Assembly: GCA_000091205.1 (NCBI GenBank)
Contig: AP006495.2
Reading direction: 5' to 3' (one strand)
From: Cyanidioschyzon merolae
Lineage: Eukaryota
Length of the DNA stretch: 64,000 nt
In this document: positions 43,343 to 54,061 of the stretch, piece by piece
Layout of the letters: every line of letters begins with the position of its first letter
Position numbering within the stretch: the first letter of the stretch is position 1
The notes under the pieces: generated by a model
Seen by the model: only the letters and a program-made list of their open reading frames with translations
Databases searched by the model: none
Told to the model about the DNA's origin: nothing
Program-made: the position numbers and the translations under genes

Positions 43343-43915
43343 ATGAACGGGGACGACGACGCGAAGCGCTCAGGGAAGCGGTTACCGGATCAACCCGCAA
43401 AGACACAGCGTACCAAAGGTCCCGTCTCCTTCCCTTCCACAGTCTCGCTTGCTAGTTTATGTGAAGAGGGCGCTACTGCGTCATCAAATCTGGACCTGCT
43501 TGCGTCCTGCTCGAGCGTTCAGGGCTCAGAGGACTGCGACTGCGAAGGACACCAGCCGGAGTCAGAACGCCGCTTGAAGAGGCCTCGCCAGGCTCCTTGG
43601 GCAGCGGAGCCAGCGAACCAGCGCCGGCCACCGTTCGATCACGGCAACTCTGAATCTATACCACCAGCCGGTGTGCAGTCGCAGGGGACTTCGGCAAGCA
43701 ACGGAACTGATTCCTCGGAGCGCAAGTCGACGGAAGCAACCTGGAGTAGGCAGTCCGTCGACTGCAGCACCGCGGAGAAGCTCGCTGGAAACCTGTGTGC
43801 AAACCAAGTGAGCGCTGAGCGCAGCGGCCAATTCTATACGAAAGTGAATGAGCTTCTCCATGATTTACACAAGGAAAGAGTCAGCCGACAATGCCGCTCG
43901 CCCCATGAATCCTAA
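43343..43915 (+). CDS. Hypothetical low-complexity Ser/Glu/Cys-rich protein (190 aa)
   Basis: Real ATG. The ORF lacks repeats at DNA level but is compositionally biased. No recognisable domain. Could be spurious. Confidence 0.3.
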   Translation: MNGDDDAKRSGKRLPDQPAKTQRTKGPVSFPSTVSLASLCEEGATASSNLDLLASCSSVQGSEDCDCEGHQPESERRLKRPRQAPWAAEPANQRRPPFDHGNSESIPPAGVQSQGTSASNGTDSSERKSTEATWSRQSVDCSTAEKLAGNLCANQVSAERSGQFYTKVNELLHDLHKERVSRQCRSPHES

Positions 43916-44320
43916 GACTGCCCTGCGACATGGACTGACCCTATGCGGCCTGGCGGATGCTGAAACCCTCTTTTGCTGATTTTATCCCATGAGGCTGCCT
44001 TTCAGAGACGAAGCGGGAACCTGGCAATAGGCTACGAGGCCTGCATGCTCTGACCCTGTCATCGACAGGCCCCGTGCTCACGAGCAATGTCGGTATCGTG
44101 GTATGCCGCCAGGGCCGTTTCACTTCATTGCAACCGCAACTCCAAGCGAGGATCATCGCTCGATACCTACAAGCCGAAGTAAAACAAGGCCAATCTTTTT
44201 ACGATGCAAGTGAAGCGTCTCCGGTGGATCCGCGACGCATTCGCTCGCGTAGCAGTATCCTTATACCGGAAGGCAGCCTTGCTCTTCCGACTCCAGTGTA
44301 AAATCGAGATCTCGGAACAT

Positions 44321-45841
44321 CTAGGGTGCGCGGATGTGCACCAGGCCAGCTCGTATGAGCATGCGAACTTGGTCTAAAGTGCACCCACTCGCCTCCATGA
44401 GTTCACGAGTTCTTCGCCGATTCGACAGTGCCCCACCTGACGAAGCGTCAGCGACCATCTGCTTTGCAAAGGCGACTTGTGCCGCGCTCAGCGACACCGG
44501 CCTATAATCGCGATCGAGGACAAGTTCAGACGGGGCGCCGTACGCGCATTCGCTCCATTCGGGAATGCTGGCAGCGATTTCATCATCCGTGGGCTCTGTC
44601 GAGGGAAACGGGTCGCGCGCTAGGAAGAACTCAAAGTGCGTGATGCGCTCGGGATCGAGAAGTTCCACCAATCTCCACCGCTCCGCGTCGCTGAGCCCCT
44701 GAACAAGCTGACGTACCTCGGGATCGTTCCCCAGCAAGTGGTCTAGATCAAAGTTTCGAGCATTCGACCAGCCCAGGAATCGCAGACCGCTTTTCTCCGC
44801 CAACGCCAAGACGGACGGTACATCGAAGTCGTGTTCCAATGGATGGACATACATATCCGCGAATGTGGCATCGGAGCGGTTGTCGTGTGCCCATCGCTCA
44901 TTCTCTCGTTTCTTTAAGCGATTCTCGTCCGGAAGCGCCCTAAAGAGTGCCCGACCGAGGGCGACTCCCTTTTTATAATCCCCTTTGCTGCCGGTAGCCT
45001 CTTGGATCAGGGCAATCGCTGCCTGCATCCGACGAATTTCCCACCGACCTGCCTCGGCGTAGACGAAAACATGCAGGATGCCACCGGGGGCTAGTTTTCC
45101 CGCCAGCATCTGCAGCGCTCTGGCTGGGTCTGGTGTATGATGAATCACGCCGACACAATTGATCATGTCAAATCGACCGCTTATTTCTCCGTCCTCGAGA
45201 TCGAAAATGGACTTGCAGTACAGGCTGGTGCGATGCCGGGCATCGGGGACCGACAGCTCGAGGCGCTCACGTGCAGTCGCCAGGGCTGTCGGCGACAGGT
45301 CAAAAGCAACCACTTCTGCCTGCGGGTTCAAGTGAACCAGATACTCCGTGCCGCAGCCGGTTCCACAGCCGGCGTCCAGAATACGAACTTTCGTTGTCGC
45401 TGGAACGCGACCCTTGGCACAAAAAGCGTACGCCGTGGGGTAGTGCCAGCGCCAGTTATAGCCTGGTGGAGCCCCGCTCGTAGGCGGATCCGGCGGAAAC
45501 GGGTATGCGTTGTACAGCTTCTGGACAGCCTCTGTAGCGGAATCTAGCTTACGACCCGACTCGCGCTGCTCGAGCGAGGCTACAAGTGTCCAGACTCGAC
45601 TTGGGCGTTGGTGTACTCTGAAAGAAAGGCCTCGTCCGCCGTGAAGCAGCCTACGTAGTCTCGGCTGTGCGAGCGTTTTACCTGCAACAAAACTAGAAAC
45701 GCTCAAGAACGCAGTTGCCTGAGTCTTTTTCGTACCGGTATCCATCCAGGTTGAAACTCTCGCCTGTTGCGGCACAAAACAGCAGGCGTGGTTATCGGAA
45801 CAGAAGGATTTCACGACTAGAGGGTAAATGGATGCTGCCAT
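44321..45841 (-). CDS. Class I SAM-dependent methyltransferase (Methyltransf_12/25-like, bacterial/cyanobacterial type) with an N-terminal presequence-like extension
   Basis: Motif I: VRILDAGCGTGCGTEYL. Post-I acidic: EVVAFDLSPTAL. Motif II/III: FDMINCVGVIHHTPDP...LAPGGILHV. The N-terminal 90 aa are S/T/R-rich. There is an ATG at 45841, but the first 15 codons overlap, in another frame, the tail of the Fanzor-like remnant. An alternative start is MDTGTKK about 32 codons downstream. Confidence 0.75.
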   Translation of the reverse strand: MAASIYPLVVKSFCSDNHACCFVPQQARVSTWMDTGTKKTQATAFLSVSSFVAGKTLAQPRLRRLLHGGRGLSFRVHQRPSRVWTLVASLEQRESGRKLDSATEAVQKLYNAYPFPPDPPTSGAPPGYNWRWHYPTAYAFCAKGRVPATTKVRILDAGCGTGCGTEYLVHLNPQAEVVAFDLSPTALATARERLELSVPDARHRTSLYCKSIFDLEDGEISGRFDMINCVGVIHHTPDPARALQMLAGKLAPGGILHVFVYAEAGRWEIRRMQAAIALIQEATGSKGDYKKGVALGRALFRALPDENRLKKRENERWAHDNRSDATFADMYVHPLEHDFDVPSVLALAEKSGLRFLGWSNARNFDLDHLLGNDPEVRQLVQGLSDAERWRLVELLDPERITHFEFFLARDPFPSTEPTDDEIAASIPEWSECAYGAPSELVLDRDYRPVSLSAAQVAFAKQMVADASSGGALSNRRRTRELMEASGCTLDQVRMLIRAGLVHIRAP

Positions 45842-47552
45842 GCTGACGCCTCACGGTCTTTTTGGGCCGGCCACCTGCTATCGACTTCATCTTCTTCCCG
45901 TAAAATTCCACACTGAGAGGCTGCTCCACAAAGTTGGCTCTCGTCAGCTCTTTGGGTCTCTTCTCCATTACGACACATCTCCGTATAGTGATGGCGGCAT
46001 GAAAGTCTCGGGTCACAGCCTCCATGCGTTTCTTGCCGCCGCTGGTTGTACTCACCAGTGCAGGGTGTCCTCGAACTCATGCCCTCTGTGGCATTTTCTG
46101 TTCCGCCAGCGCTCCGTACTTTTCGATATCCGCAGGGCTCCTGTGAAACTTTTCCATCTCGAACCTCTGAAGCGTACACCTCAGTTCGTGGTGCACATAC
46201 GATGTTCGGAACTCTTATGTATGTATTGTGAAAAAACGGTGTGCATACTCTTTGTACGCTCTTGTCGACGGAGCTGGTGCACATCCTTTTTTATGCGTCA
46301 AGCGCCCTGTTCCGAGTGCTATCACGAGTCGTTGACTCTTGTCCTCCTTGAGGGCGCTCAACTTATTGAACAAGTTGGCGAATGCACGCTGCTTCCCACA
46401 GTCCAAGTCGATACGCTGACGAGCGCACCGGCGCTTGGTGTACTCTTTCCACATCTCCTCGGAATGAGCAACGCGAATTTTCACGGACTCCTGAAAAGCT
46501 TGAAAGCTCGCACCTCGGCTCGTCACATTGCGGAACTCCTTCTTCCTGACATCGTACTCCAGACTGATCTCCCTCGTGATGCCGTAAAGGGCTCTGGAGC
46601 CAATTGTCACCAAGTGCGACTTGATGTTGCGTATGGGAACGACATTGAAGCGCTTCTCTAGTAGGGAAGCGTTCCGTTTCTCCGACTCTTCATTTGCTTC
46701 CACATCCTGCTCCATTGCGGCCTTGCGATCGAGTTGCCGGTTCAGGACCACAAAATAGCACAGCATCAGAGGATAACTTTTCTTAATCTCTGATACCTTT
46801 TCTGCTGGGTTGACCAGCCCCAAGACCGCCCGATGCTCTTAAATAGCCACACGGATCGCAGAAGCTTCATTCGTGCTTCTGCGTGATGTCTTCTTGTCGA
46901 CGAACTCGATCCCCTGTTCGTGCTGGGGATCGTTCATGATGCCATTGATGATGGCCCATGTTCCTTTGCGAGAGAGGCCTGGGTAGAGTGGAAGAATGGA
47001 GCGTATCATGAAACGTTTGAGGTTCACGATCATGTGGTTCTTCAGGCCCATGAGGTACTTGATTGCCCCTCATCCGTAAACGCACAAGTTACCCTTGTAT
47101 CGAGTACTGTTGAAGCGGAATTCGGGGTGATATTCGTGGCGGGCGTGCACTCGCTCATTTCTCCGCGAGGTTTCCCACGTGCTAACCTTCAGGTGGCTGA
47201 TGAAGCTCTAGTCGTAAAATTCTTCCGGAACCTCGACTGTTTTGATGGCCGTCACGTCGCGATACATCTCCCTCGCCAAATGCATTAGTCCTGACGACGC
47301 CTATGTAATACTCTTGGAGTACGAATCGACATGGTTTCTGATAGCGTCTCGCAGCTTTTGCTTGTACGGATTTTTGATATATTTAAGAAGACAGGCTTTC
47401 ACCACAGTCTCGTTGTACTGTGGTCTTTCTTGCAGCCATTGACGTCGGACCTCCTGCCTTCGCTTCTTCGTCTTCTCCAGTCCCTCTCTGCTTGGGACTG
47501 TTTTTCGTTTTTTTCCGCTAGCCGGCGACACGAATCCTCCAGGATCCTCCAC
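45795..47552 (-). mobile_element. Decayed Fanzor/TnpB-like (OrfB_IS605-family RuvC) nuclease gene: NLS-bearing N-terminus, C-terminal RuvC-III motif, several frameshifts and stops (pseudogene)
   Basis: A chain of ORFs in three minus-strand frames: 47301..47552 (MEDPGGFVSPASGKKRKTVPSREGLEKTKKRRQEV..., basic NLS-like), 46839..47051, 46215..46823, 45817..46284 and 45792..46055. The last reads GGKKRMEAVTRDFHAAITIRR, which is the D-x-N-A-A-x-N-I RuvC-III hallmark of TnpB/Fanzor. It is preceded by a degenerate Cys-pair region (EPCGYRKV...TPCTGEY). The C-terminal 200 nt are about 75% identical at DNA level to 59265..59465. An in-frame TGA lies 5 codons upstream of the 46839 ORF. Confidence 0.5.
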
Positions 47553-48663
47553 TTGCTTCTAGATAAGTATCGTTTTTTATTTTTGAAAACGAACCCACTT
47601 CGAACGCTTCTCCTATAAACCACGAAAAAGCACTCGAATACACTAATGTGAGGGTTGGCACCCTACCGAACTGAAAGACTATACTTTGCTACAACTCGAA
47701 CGCTAGTACATCTTGTACAGCAGAACACCACGCTAATGATCAGGATCGCGTTTTCCTCCATAGGCGGCATTTGCGTCATCTCTCATGCCTGCCAGATATC
47801 GACGTGCATATATCGACGACGCTATAGAAAGAAGGAAAAGAAAAGAACCACGTACTAGCAACTCAATTAGAAATTCTTTCTTTCTGTGCGGTATACATTA
47901 GAAAGGGGAGCAAGCTTTCCGAACACTCGAACGTTTATCTTCTAGGCGGAAGGTTTCTCGAGCCTGACGAGTCTGCCGCGCTCGTGTTTCATGCTCCTCC
48001 TGGTGGCGGGTGCTGTACTGAGCTCCGAGCAGCTGTCCGTAACGCAGGTTATTCTGGGACTTGGAGCCGGTAAGCGGCATCTGGATATCGCCCTAGTCGC
48101 GGTGACCTCTTTGTATATCGCTTCGCGCTGTCGCAGGCCGTACGCTTTTCTACACAGTTTGCTGCCTCCGAGAATGATAGTGCATCCCGAATCCGTATTG
48201 AATGAAGCACGACTCGAGCCTTGACTCTCGGTGGTGTGGCAACGCCTTCTGTCTCTATGCTGCATCCGCACCTGCGGTATGGGTGCCATTGCGGTTGCTC
48301 ACGGCAGGCTCGTCGGTCGATACAACGTTTGAAACGACCACTATATCCGAGAAGAAGTATGACTCATGGAACTTGGTAGCAGGGTGTGTTACAAGCGATG
48401 CTTCATGGCGCTAATGTCAAGCGTACACTCGGCAAAAAACACTGGCCTGTCAACGTTCTATCAATGAAAAATAAAAATCATTCGGTTGTTCGACCTGCGC
48501 AATTCTGCCCGTCTACTCGCGCCCAGCACCAAGCAGCAGCGCACACCACACGCACCTGCTTCGAGCGAGACTTTTACCAGGCCAAAACACTGGTCCGTTC
48601 TCTATGGCGAGTTTATTGGAGCGTGAAGAATTAGAGTGATAGAGACGTGGTACCCGAGCTCAG

Positions 48664-49110
48664 ATGGCGCTCAGTGGCCGTGCCGAGGAAGGTCGCACCT
48701 TGATGGCAGTGGACTTGGCGCTTCAGCCAGCGCCGGCGTTGCCAAAGGATGGCGGCGCTGAGGTTACTGCAGCGATCGACCTATGCGCAGAGCAACTGCA
48801 GCTCATGATTCAGTGTTTACTCGAGCGTGAAGCGGACGAGTTTTGTCAAGAGTCGTTGCTGCTCTTCGCCGCTTGCAAAGAACGAAGGGACAACGCACTG
48901 CGAACCAGGATCCTGGGGTACGACAGGCGGCACGGTGTACAGGTATCAACGCTTGAGCGAGAGTCTCAGGAGGTGGCACAAGCGCTCGATCGGGAGAAAC
49001 AAAGACAAGGAGAGAGGGAAACGCTCGGCGTAGTCCACCTCACGTCGCGTCTGCAGGACTTGAGGGCGCGCATCAAGGCGCTCACCAACGGCACCGAATC
49101 AACGGACTGA
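48664..49110 (+). CDS. Hypothetical small coiled-coil protein (148 aa)
   Basis: Real ATG. Non-repetitive. Heptad-rich C-terminal half (QEVAQALDREKQRQGERETLGVVHLTSRLQDLRARIKALTNG). Size and composition resemble small coiled-coil complex subunits of the BLOC-1 or Mediator type. No family assigned. Confidence 0.4.
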   Translation: MALSGRAEEGRTLMAVDLALQPAPALPKDGGAEVTAAIDLCAEQLQLMIQCLLEREADEFCQESLLLFAACKERRDNALRTRILGYDRRHGVQVSTLERESQEVAQALDREKQRQGERETLGVVHLTSRLQDLRARIKALTNGTESTD

Positions 49111-49681
49111 ACCGCCACAATATGCTGGGTTCGAGCCCGCCTCACCTGCGCCATGACGAGTAAAGCACCTGAGGCGGTCTTGGACGCGCACTGCGGAACA
49201 GCGGACTGCGCATCCTGTTCACTTGGATCAGTGGCCTCAGTCGGCTGCTCCTTCACCCTGCACGGTGTCCGTCATACACCCACGCAAACAGGGAGGTGGC
49301 GCGAATGCTGCCCGCTCGGCCAAGGCGGACTCGCACGTATCGACCCGTGTCGTTCGCGCCGTGCCGCTCTTAGTACGGTAAAAATCCCACAACGGTATCC
49401 ACGCCAGCACTCTGAAGCGCCCTGGTTGACATCGGGCATCAGACATTCGCGGTCGAGCGTCTCTGTCTTGGATTCCCGAGGTTTCATGCTGGCGCGGTAA
49501 CTCCAGCGTGGCGCTCTGACGGTATCCGCTGGTGACGACACATGCTCGCTCGAGCCGCTTCGCATGGATACGATCGCAACGAACTGCGGACTGGAGGTGT
49601 GTCCGCGAATTTCAACCAACGAAATGCAGCACCCGGACACATTCCAGTAGTCTTTGACTACTTCGTCTAGAGTTAAACCCT

Positions 49682-50446
49682 TTAAACATCTGAAGCGTAG
49701 CACTGTCGACAGTCGACCGGGGGCTCTGTATAATCAATGCCAGCATGCTGCATCCGAACGGCCATATCGAAAAGATAATCCAAGCACTCGGTCACTGTCT
49801 TGGCCTCGACATCGTCACGACCCCAAGCGTAGAGACCGTGACGTCGAACCAGAACTGCCGGTGATTTCGGATAGCGCTGCATGGCTTTGGCCATATCCCC
49901 TGCCAGCTCCTCTTCGTGCGCCGTATTGTCGATCACGGGAATAACCAGCGTGTCATGATACCCGTGCAAAGGGATCCCTTTTATCATTTCCAAATGGGTA
50001 ATTCTGAACTCCGCGTCTGCTTGCGTACGGGGCAGCAGCGTTACCATAACAGCGGCTGGAGAGTGCGTGTGAATGCACGCACCAGCATCCCGCAGTCGAA
50101 AAGCGTTGTAAAATAGAGGGCAACACTGCGAGACCCGTAGCGACGGCGTACTCACGGGACGCTGGAGGATCTCCCCCGTCTCCAGGTCGAGCACAAAGAT
50201 GTCTTGACGTCGAATTCGCTCCTTTTGTACTCCACTCGGCGCCATGTAGACGCAGCGACCCTGTCGCACGGAGATGCCCCCGCCAGTGCCAGTCACCCAG
50301 CCGAGCTGGTAAAACTGCCTACAGAGCCCAGTTATGACGGAAACCGGGTCCTCGTGACCTTCTTCATACATTCGGTCAAGAGGGCGCTCCGTGTCAACGT
50401 GACGATCGTCGCAGCAGCAGCAGCCCGCGCCGTTCGCCAGCTCCAT
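49682..50446 (-). CDS. Methylthioribulose-1-phosphate dehydratase (MtnB/APIP; class II aldolase/adducin fold), methionine salvage
   Basis: Real ATG. ITGLCRQFYQLGWVTGTGGGISVR, CVYMAPSGVQKERIRRQDIFVLD, GACIHTHSPAAVMVT, ITHLEMIKG, AVLVRRHGLYAWGRD(-)VEAKTVTECLDYLFDMAV. These blocks, in this order, match the MtnB family. Confidence 0.85.
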   Translation of the reverse strand: MELANGAGCCCCDDRHVDTERPLDRMYEEGHEDPVSVITGLCRQFYQLGWVTGTGGGISVRQGRCVYMAPSGVQKERIRRQDIFVLDLETGEILQRPVSTPSLRVSQCCPLFYNAFRLRDAGACIHTHSPAAVMVTLLPRTQADAEFRITHLEMIKGIPLHGYHDTLVIPVIDNTAHEEELAGDMAKAMQRYPKSPAVLVRRHGLYAWGRDDVEAKTVTECLDYLFDMAVRMQHAGIDYTEPPVDCRQCYASDV

Positions 50447-50493
50447 AGTGCCTCAACCAGCGCCCTAGGCGGCACAGGGCAAAGTCGTGGTCG

Positions 50494-53400
50494 TTAGCGC
50501 GCACGCATCGCCGGCTGATCGACGGCACCCGCCGCTGGCAATTCGTCGATGCGCCCGTCGCCCTCGACACCGAAGCACACCGCGAGGAGCTTTCGGCGAT
50601 CTACGAATTGGAATCCGCGTTGTAAGTAGAGGATTTGTTTGTGAGAGGCTTCATAGTATTGCGAGAGTGCTTGAAATGCTCGCAGCTCTGAAACGGTGAT
50701 ACCGTTCGGAACACATACTAGAATGAGGTCGTGGTCGCGGAGTTGTGGGACGTTGGAGTTGGACGCCTGCGCTCCGCGTGACTCGCGTGGAAAGCCTATG
50801 ATTTCAGCGATCGCAGCGAGCGCGCTTCCTTTTCGTCGTGGGTGAAAACTCAGATTCGTGTTGGCACCCTCGAGTGAGGCAAATAATAAGGCCGGCAGGG
50901 TCAAGACGCCCATGCTTTGCGTCGCGTTTGCCGTGCCGCTCTGCACAGCCTCAACCAGTGTGCTATTGAGCCAGTTTGTCCAAACGCTTGCAACAGCTTC
51001 ATAATCCGGTCCATTGTGGGCTGAAATGCTGCTCAATTCAAAGAGGCGATCTACAAGCAGGTTTGCGGTGTCTCGTATCCAGGCATCCCCGGCTCGCGTC
51101 GCGGCAGCTTCAATAGCCCCGGACAAGCGGGTACGCTCGGCCTCGGATGCGTCCGCCTTCCAGTCCAGTACCGAGCACGTGTATGCAAGGAACGGTAGCA
51201 CCACTCGGTGGAGATTCTGGTTTGAAATGACATCAAGGAGCTCGTCCATGATGTGATGCAATGAAAAGCCGGCAGAGGCCCAGTTCCGAGCCAGCTGGAG
51301 CAGCGACTGCAGTCTTTGTTCATCGGTGCATGCCGCCTCGACGCTGGGGTCTGCATGCTGCTTCGTGTCCGCATCCTGGAGCATTGTCGCCGCGCACCAT
51401 ATCGCAGTGGCAGCGTAGATGAATAGGCCACTCTGGCGAACGCGCTGGCGAGGTTCCAGAGCATCCCAGACGCTTTCGATCAGCGTACGCATCTGCTCAA
51501 CCTGATCTCCAAGACTTGCGGTTTTTTCCACTGATGACGCATTTGCAATTTCCGTATCTGGATGAGACATCGCACTGGGTACCGCTTGTGAATTTTCTAC
51601 GCCAACGCCAGCGGTGGAAACGCGCCCCAGACGTGTGGCGCCCAGTTTTCGGCGTGGCGGACGTGGCGGCCCTGCTATCGATGAACAACGGACAGTCTCT
51701 GCAGGCCGTGTGTGCACCGCCTTGTTGGCTAAGGTCTGCTGCGGCGTCGCCAAAAAAGAAAGCTGCTTCTTCACAAAGGAAAGAAACGCTGCCACATCGT
51801 GCTGCCGCTCGAGCAACGCTTCGGTGAATTCACCAGTCGAGAGAAGCGCCCTTGTCCCGGAAACACCCCCCAGCGGCGCAATGAACCAGTCGAGATCAGA
51901 GCCAGCATCGGATTCAGAATATAGAAACCGACGAGATACCTTCTCCAATACGTGTCCCTGCGACGCCAATAGACATCCGAACCAGTCATGGATCGCTGGA
52001 TCCATGCCGTTCGCGTGTCGAACCGCTGACGCAACGTCCAACAGCCGATCCATAAACACTACACACATGCGCACGGGGGTAGCACTCAAATCCGACTCGA
52101 GGCGTTGAAGGTCATCGATCCGTAATCCTTCGTAATTCGCGAGTTCGAGGTCCGCCATTTCCGATTCTGCACATTCTAAAGATTCTACGAAGCGTTTCGC
52201 GATAGCATCTGCGACTGGAGCACGCCCGAGTACAAACGCTCCCGTGCACGAGCACTTCAACGCTGCGCATAGAGCAGCGACTTCGCGTGACACCCGTAGA
52301 GCGGCATCGGCGAGAGAATCCGTCAGACTTTGCTCAAAAAGTATCCTTGGATGGGTCCAGGGCTTAACGTCGTCCCCAAAGCCGATACATTGATACCAAG
52401 CACACGATCCTGGAGATAACACCCCCAAGTTCTGACTCGGAAAAGCCGAATACATCGCCAAAAGAGGTGCGTACAGTATCCAGCTCTGCACGTCAAGATC
52501 CCGTCGGTGACGCTGACAAGGAATCTCCCCTGGTGAACCGCGACACGCCGCACAGGTTGCGGTGTAGCGACGAAGCACCTCTCGCTCGATACGTGCCTTA
52601 AGCGCTGCGTAAGGAAAAAGTTCACCAAGGGATTCTCGCGAAGTTTCACCACGCCCGACATCGCGAGACAATTCAGAGGAATGGTGCATCTCGGAGGCGC
52701 TCCAGGACGTTGCAGACTGACGTACTCGCCAGGCTTGGGCGGCCTCGGCGTTCGTCCAAGTCGTAAAGAGCAACACCCGGAGCTGCAGTGCGTCTGCGAC
52801 GCTCGGGTCAGTGTCTCGTTCAGTGACGATACTGAGGGGCTCTATGACAGCGAGAACACGCTCGACAATAGCTGAGATTAGACCGTCCTCGAGCAAACTC
52901 GGCACCTCACACCCGATCAAAAATATGATGGGAATAACTGCTCCTACCTGGCTGGTCCAGAGTTCGCGCACTGCCAGCTCTCGCACGGGCGTTTCCCAGT
53001 CGTAGATCGCCGCTATGTCAACAGGCAGTTCTAAGAGCTCATGTAGCGGTAGAACACTCGACAGCGCCAGCCAACTCGATCTGTCTCCAAATATGACACT
53101 GCCCCTTTGCATGTATTGTCTACAGAAACTCCGAGCCAACTTTTTCAGTACCTCGTGTACTGTTCGACCGCCGCTGAAACGGCGCATTTCTGTGCCGGGT
53201 ACGGAAAGACGCAAAAAAAACACCAACCGAGGATCGAACCAGTGAAGGTTGTCCTCTACCGTGCAAAGGTTTCTGTACGCATCACCTGGAGAGATCGACT
53301 CGCAGCTCGTCGTCGGTAGACGTAGGTTCGGCTCCAGCGACCGCAGGCAGGTTTCGGGAATCCACCAGCGGGAATGAGCGGGTGGTGCATCCCATGCGCC

Positions 53401-53562
53401 CGGGCGGTTTTCAGCCAGCCAGCCGGCGTGCGCGCCATCCACCAGCGATCGCTTTCGCACGGAGCGCCCAGCGGCAGCTCCAGAGCATCCTCGGACTGCG
53501 GGACCTACGTCAGAACAAAATGAAACGGGGCCACCTGGCAAACTCGGGCGTACAGAATACAC
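50494..53562 (-). CDS. Large (about 1000 aa) hypothetical alpha-helical protein, no recognised domain
   Basis: Single 3 kb uninterrupted ORF. Leu/Ala-rich with predicted helical repeats. No low-complexity runs. No motif I can name. The track start is GTG, so the true start is unknown and may be internal or in an upstream exon. Confidence 0.6.
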   Translation of the reverse strand: MYSVRPSLPGGPVSFCSDVGPAVRGCSGAAAGRSVRKRSLVDGAHAGWLAENRPGAWDAPPAHSRWWIPETCLRSLEPNLRLPTTSCESISPGDAYRNLCTVEDNLHWFDPRLVFFLRLSVPGTEMRRFSGGRTVHEVLKKLARSFCRQYMQRGSVIFGDRSSWLALSSVLPLHELLELPVDIAAIYDWETPVRELAVRELWTSQVGAVIPIIFLIGCEVPSLLEDGLISAIVERVLAVIEPLSIVTERDTDPSVADALQLRVLLFTTWTNAEAAQAWRVRQSATSWSASEMHHSSELSRDVGRGETSRESLGELFPYAALKARIEREVLRRYTATCAACRGSPGEIPCQRHRRDLDVQSWILYAPLLAMYSAFPSQNLGVLSPGSCAWYQCIGFGDDVKPWTHPRILFEQSLTDSLADAALRVSREVAALCAALKCSCTGAFVLGRAPVADAIAKRFVESLECAESEMADLELANYEGLRIDDLQRLESDLSATPVRMCVVFMDRLLDVASAVRHANGMDPAIHDWFGCLLASQGHVLEKVSRRFLYSESDAGSDLDWFIAPLGGVSGTRALLSTGEFTEALLERQHDVAAFLSFVKKQLSFLATPQQTLANKAVHTRPAETVRCSSIAGPPRPPRRKLGATRLGRVSTAGVGVENSQAVPSAMSHPDTEIANASSVEKTASLGDQVEQMRTLIESVWDALEPRQRVRQSGLFIYAATAIWCAATMLQDADTKQHADPSVEAACTDEQRLQSLLQLARNWASAGFSLHHIMDELLDVISNQNLHRVVLPFLAYTCSVLDWKADASEAERTRLSGAIEAAATRAGDAWIRDTANLLVDRLFELSSISAHNGPDYEAVASVWTNWLNSTLVEAVQSGTANATQSMGVLTLPALLFASLEGANTNLSFHPRRKGSALAAIAEIIGFPRESRGAQASNSNVPQLRDHDLILVCVPNGITVSELRAFQALSQYYEASHKQILYLQRGFQFVDRRKLLAVCFGVEGDGRIDELPAAGAVDQPAMRAR

Positions 53563-53740
53563 CTAGATCGGCGTTAAATATAAGCGTTCATGAAACACGG
53601 TCGTACACGCTGAAATGTGGGTCTCTTCCACCAGTCATGAACACCGGCGTTTGAGCGCCTCAAGTGCGACTGCCTTCATTTCCTGTCTCTAAATACGCTT
53701 GTTGACGAAGGCGGTCTCTCATGACTATCCAGCTCCGTTG

Positions 53741-54061
53741 TCAGTAGTCGAGCGATGGTGATGGCTGCGTTTCAGTGATAGCTTCTGAATTCTGGCTGCA
53801 GTCGACGCATATCATGCACAGACGCAGGTCGCGATCTGGGCTGCGCTCGCCGTTTCCCTGTTCCTTTTTGTACATAGACTCTGTGCACTCTCCGCAGCAA
53901 TGACACTTGACTCTGGTCGGGTGTTCCCATATGTCCACTACACCTCTTATTCCTCTGAGGGCCGCTCTGTGACGCGTGAACGCTTGCCTAATCGCTCGGT
54001 ACCTGTCCGTGTCGGGTACAGAAGTCTCCCCTTGGTGCCCGCCTCCGTTTCCGTGCCCCAT
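53741..54061 (-). CDS. Candidate small zinc-ribbon protein (106 aa) with two CxxC-type clusters
   Basis: HPTRVKCHCCGECTESMY ... LCMICVDCSQN gives a two Cys-pair arrangement about 30 aa apart. The N-terminus is Gly/His-rich. Low confidence: GC-rich DNA generates many ORFs of this size. Confidence 0.25.
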   Translation of the reverse strand: MGHGNGGGHQGETSVPDTDRYRAIRQAFTRHRAALRGIRGVVDIWEHPTRVKCHCCGECTESMYKKEQGNGERSPDRDLRLCMICVDCSQNSEAITETQPSPSLDY

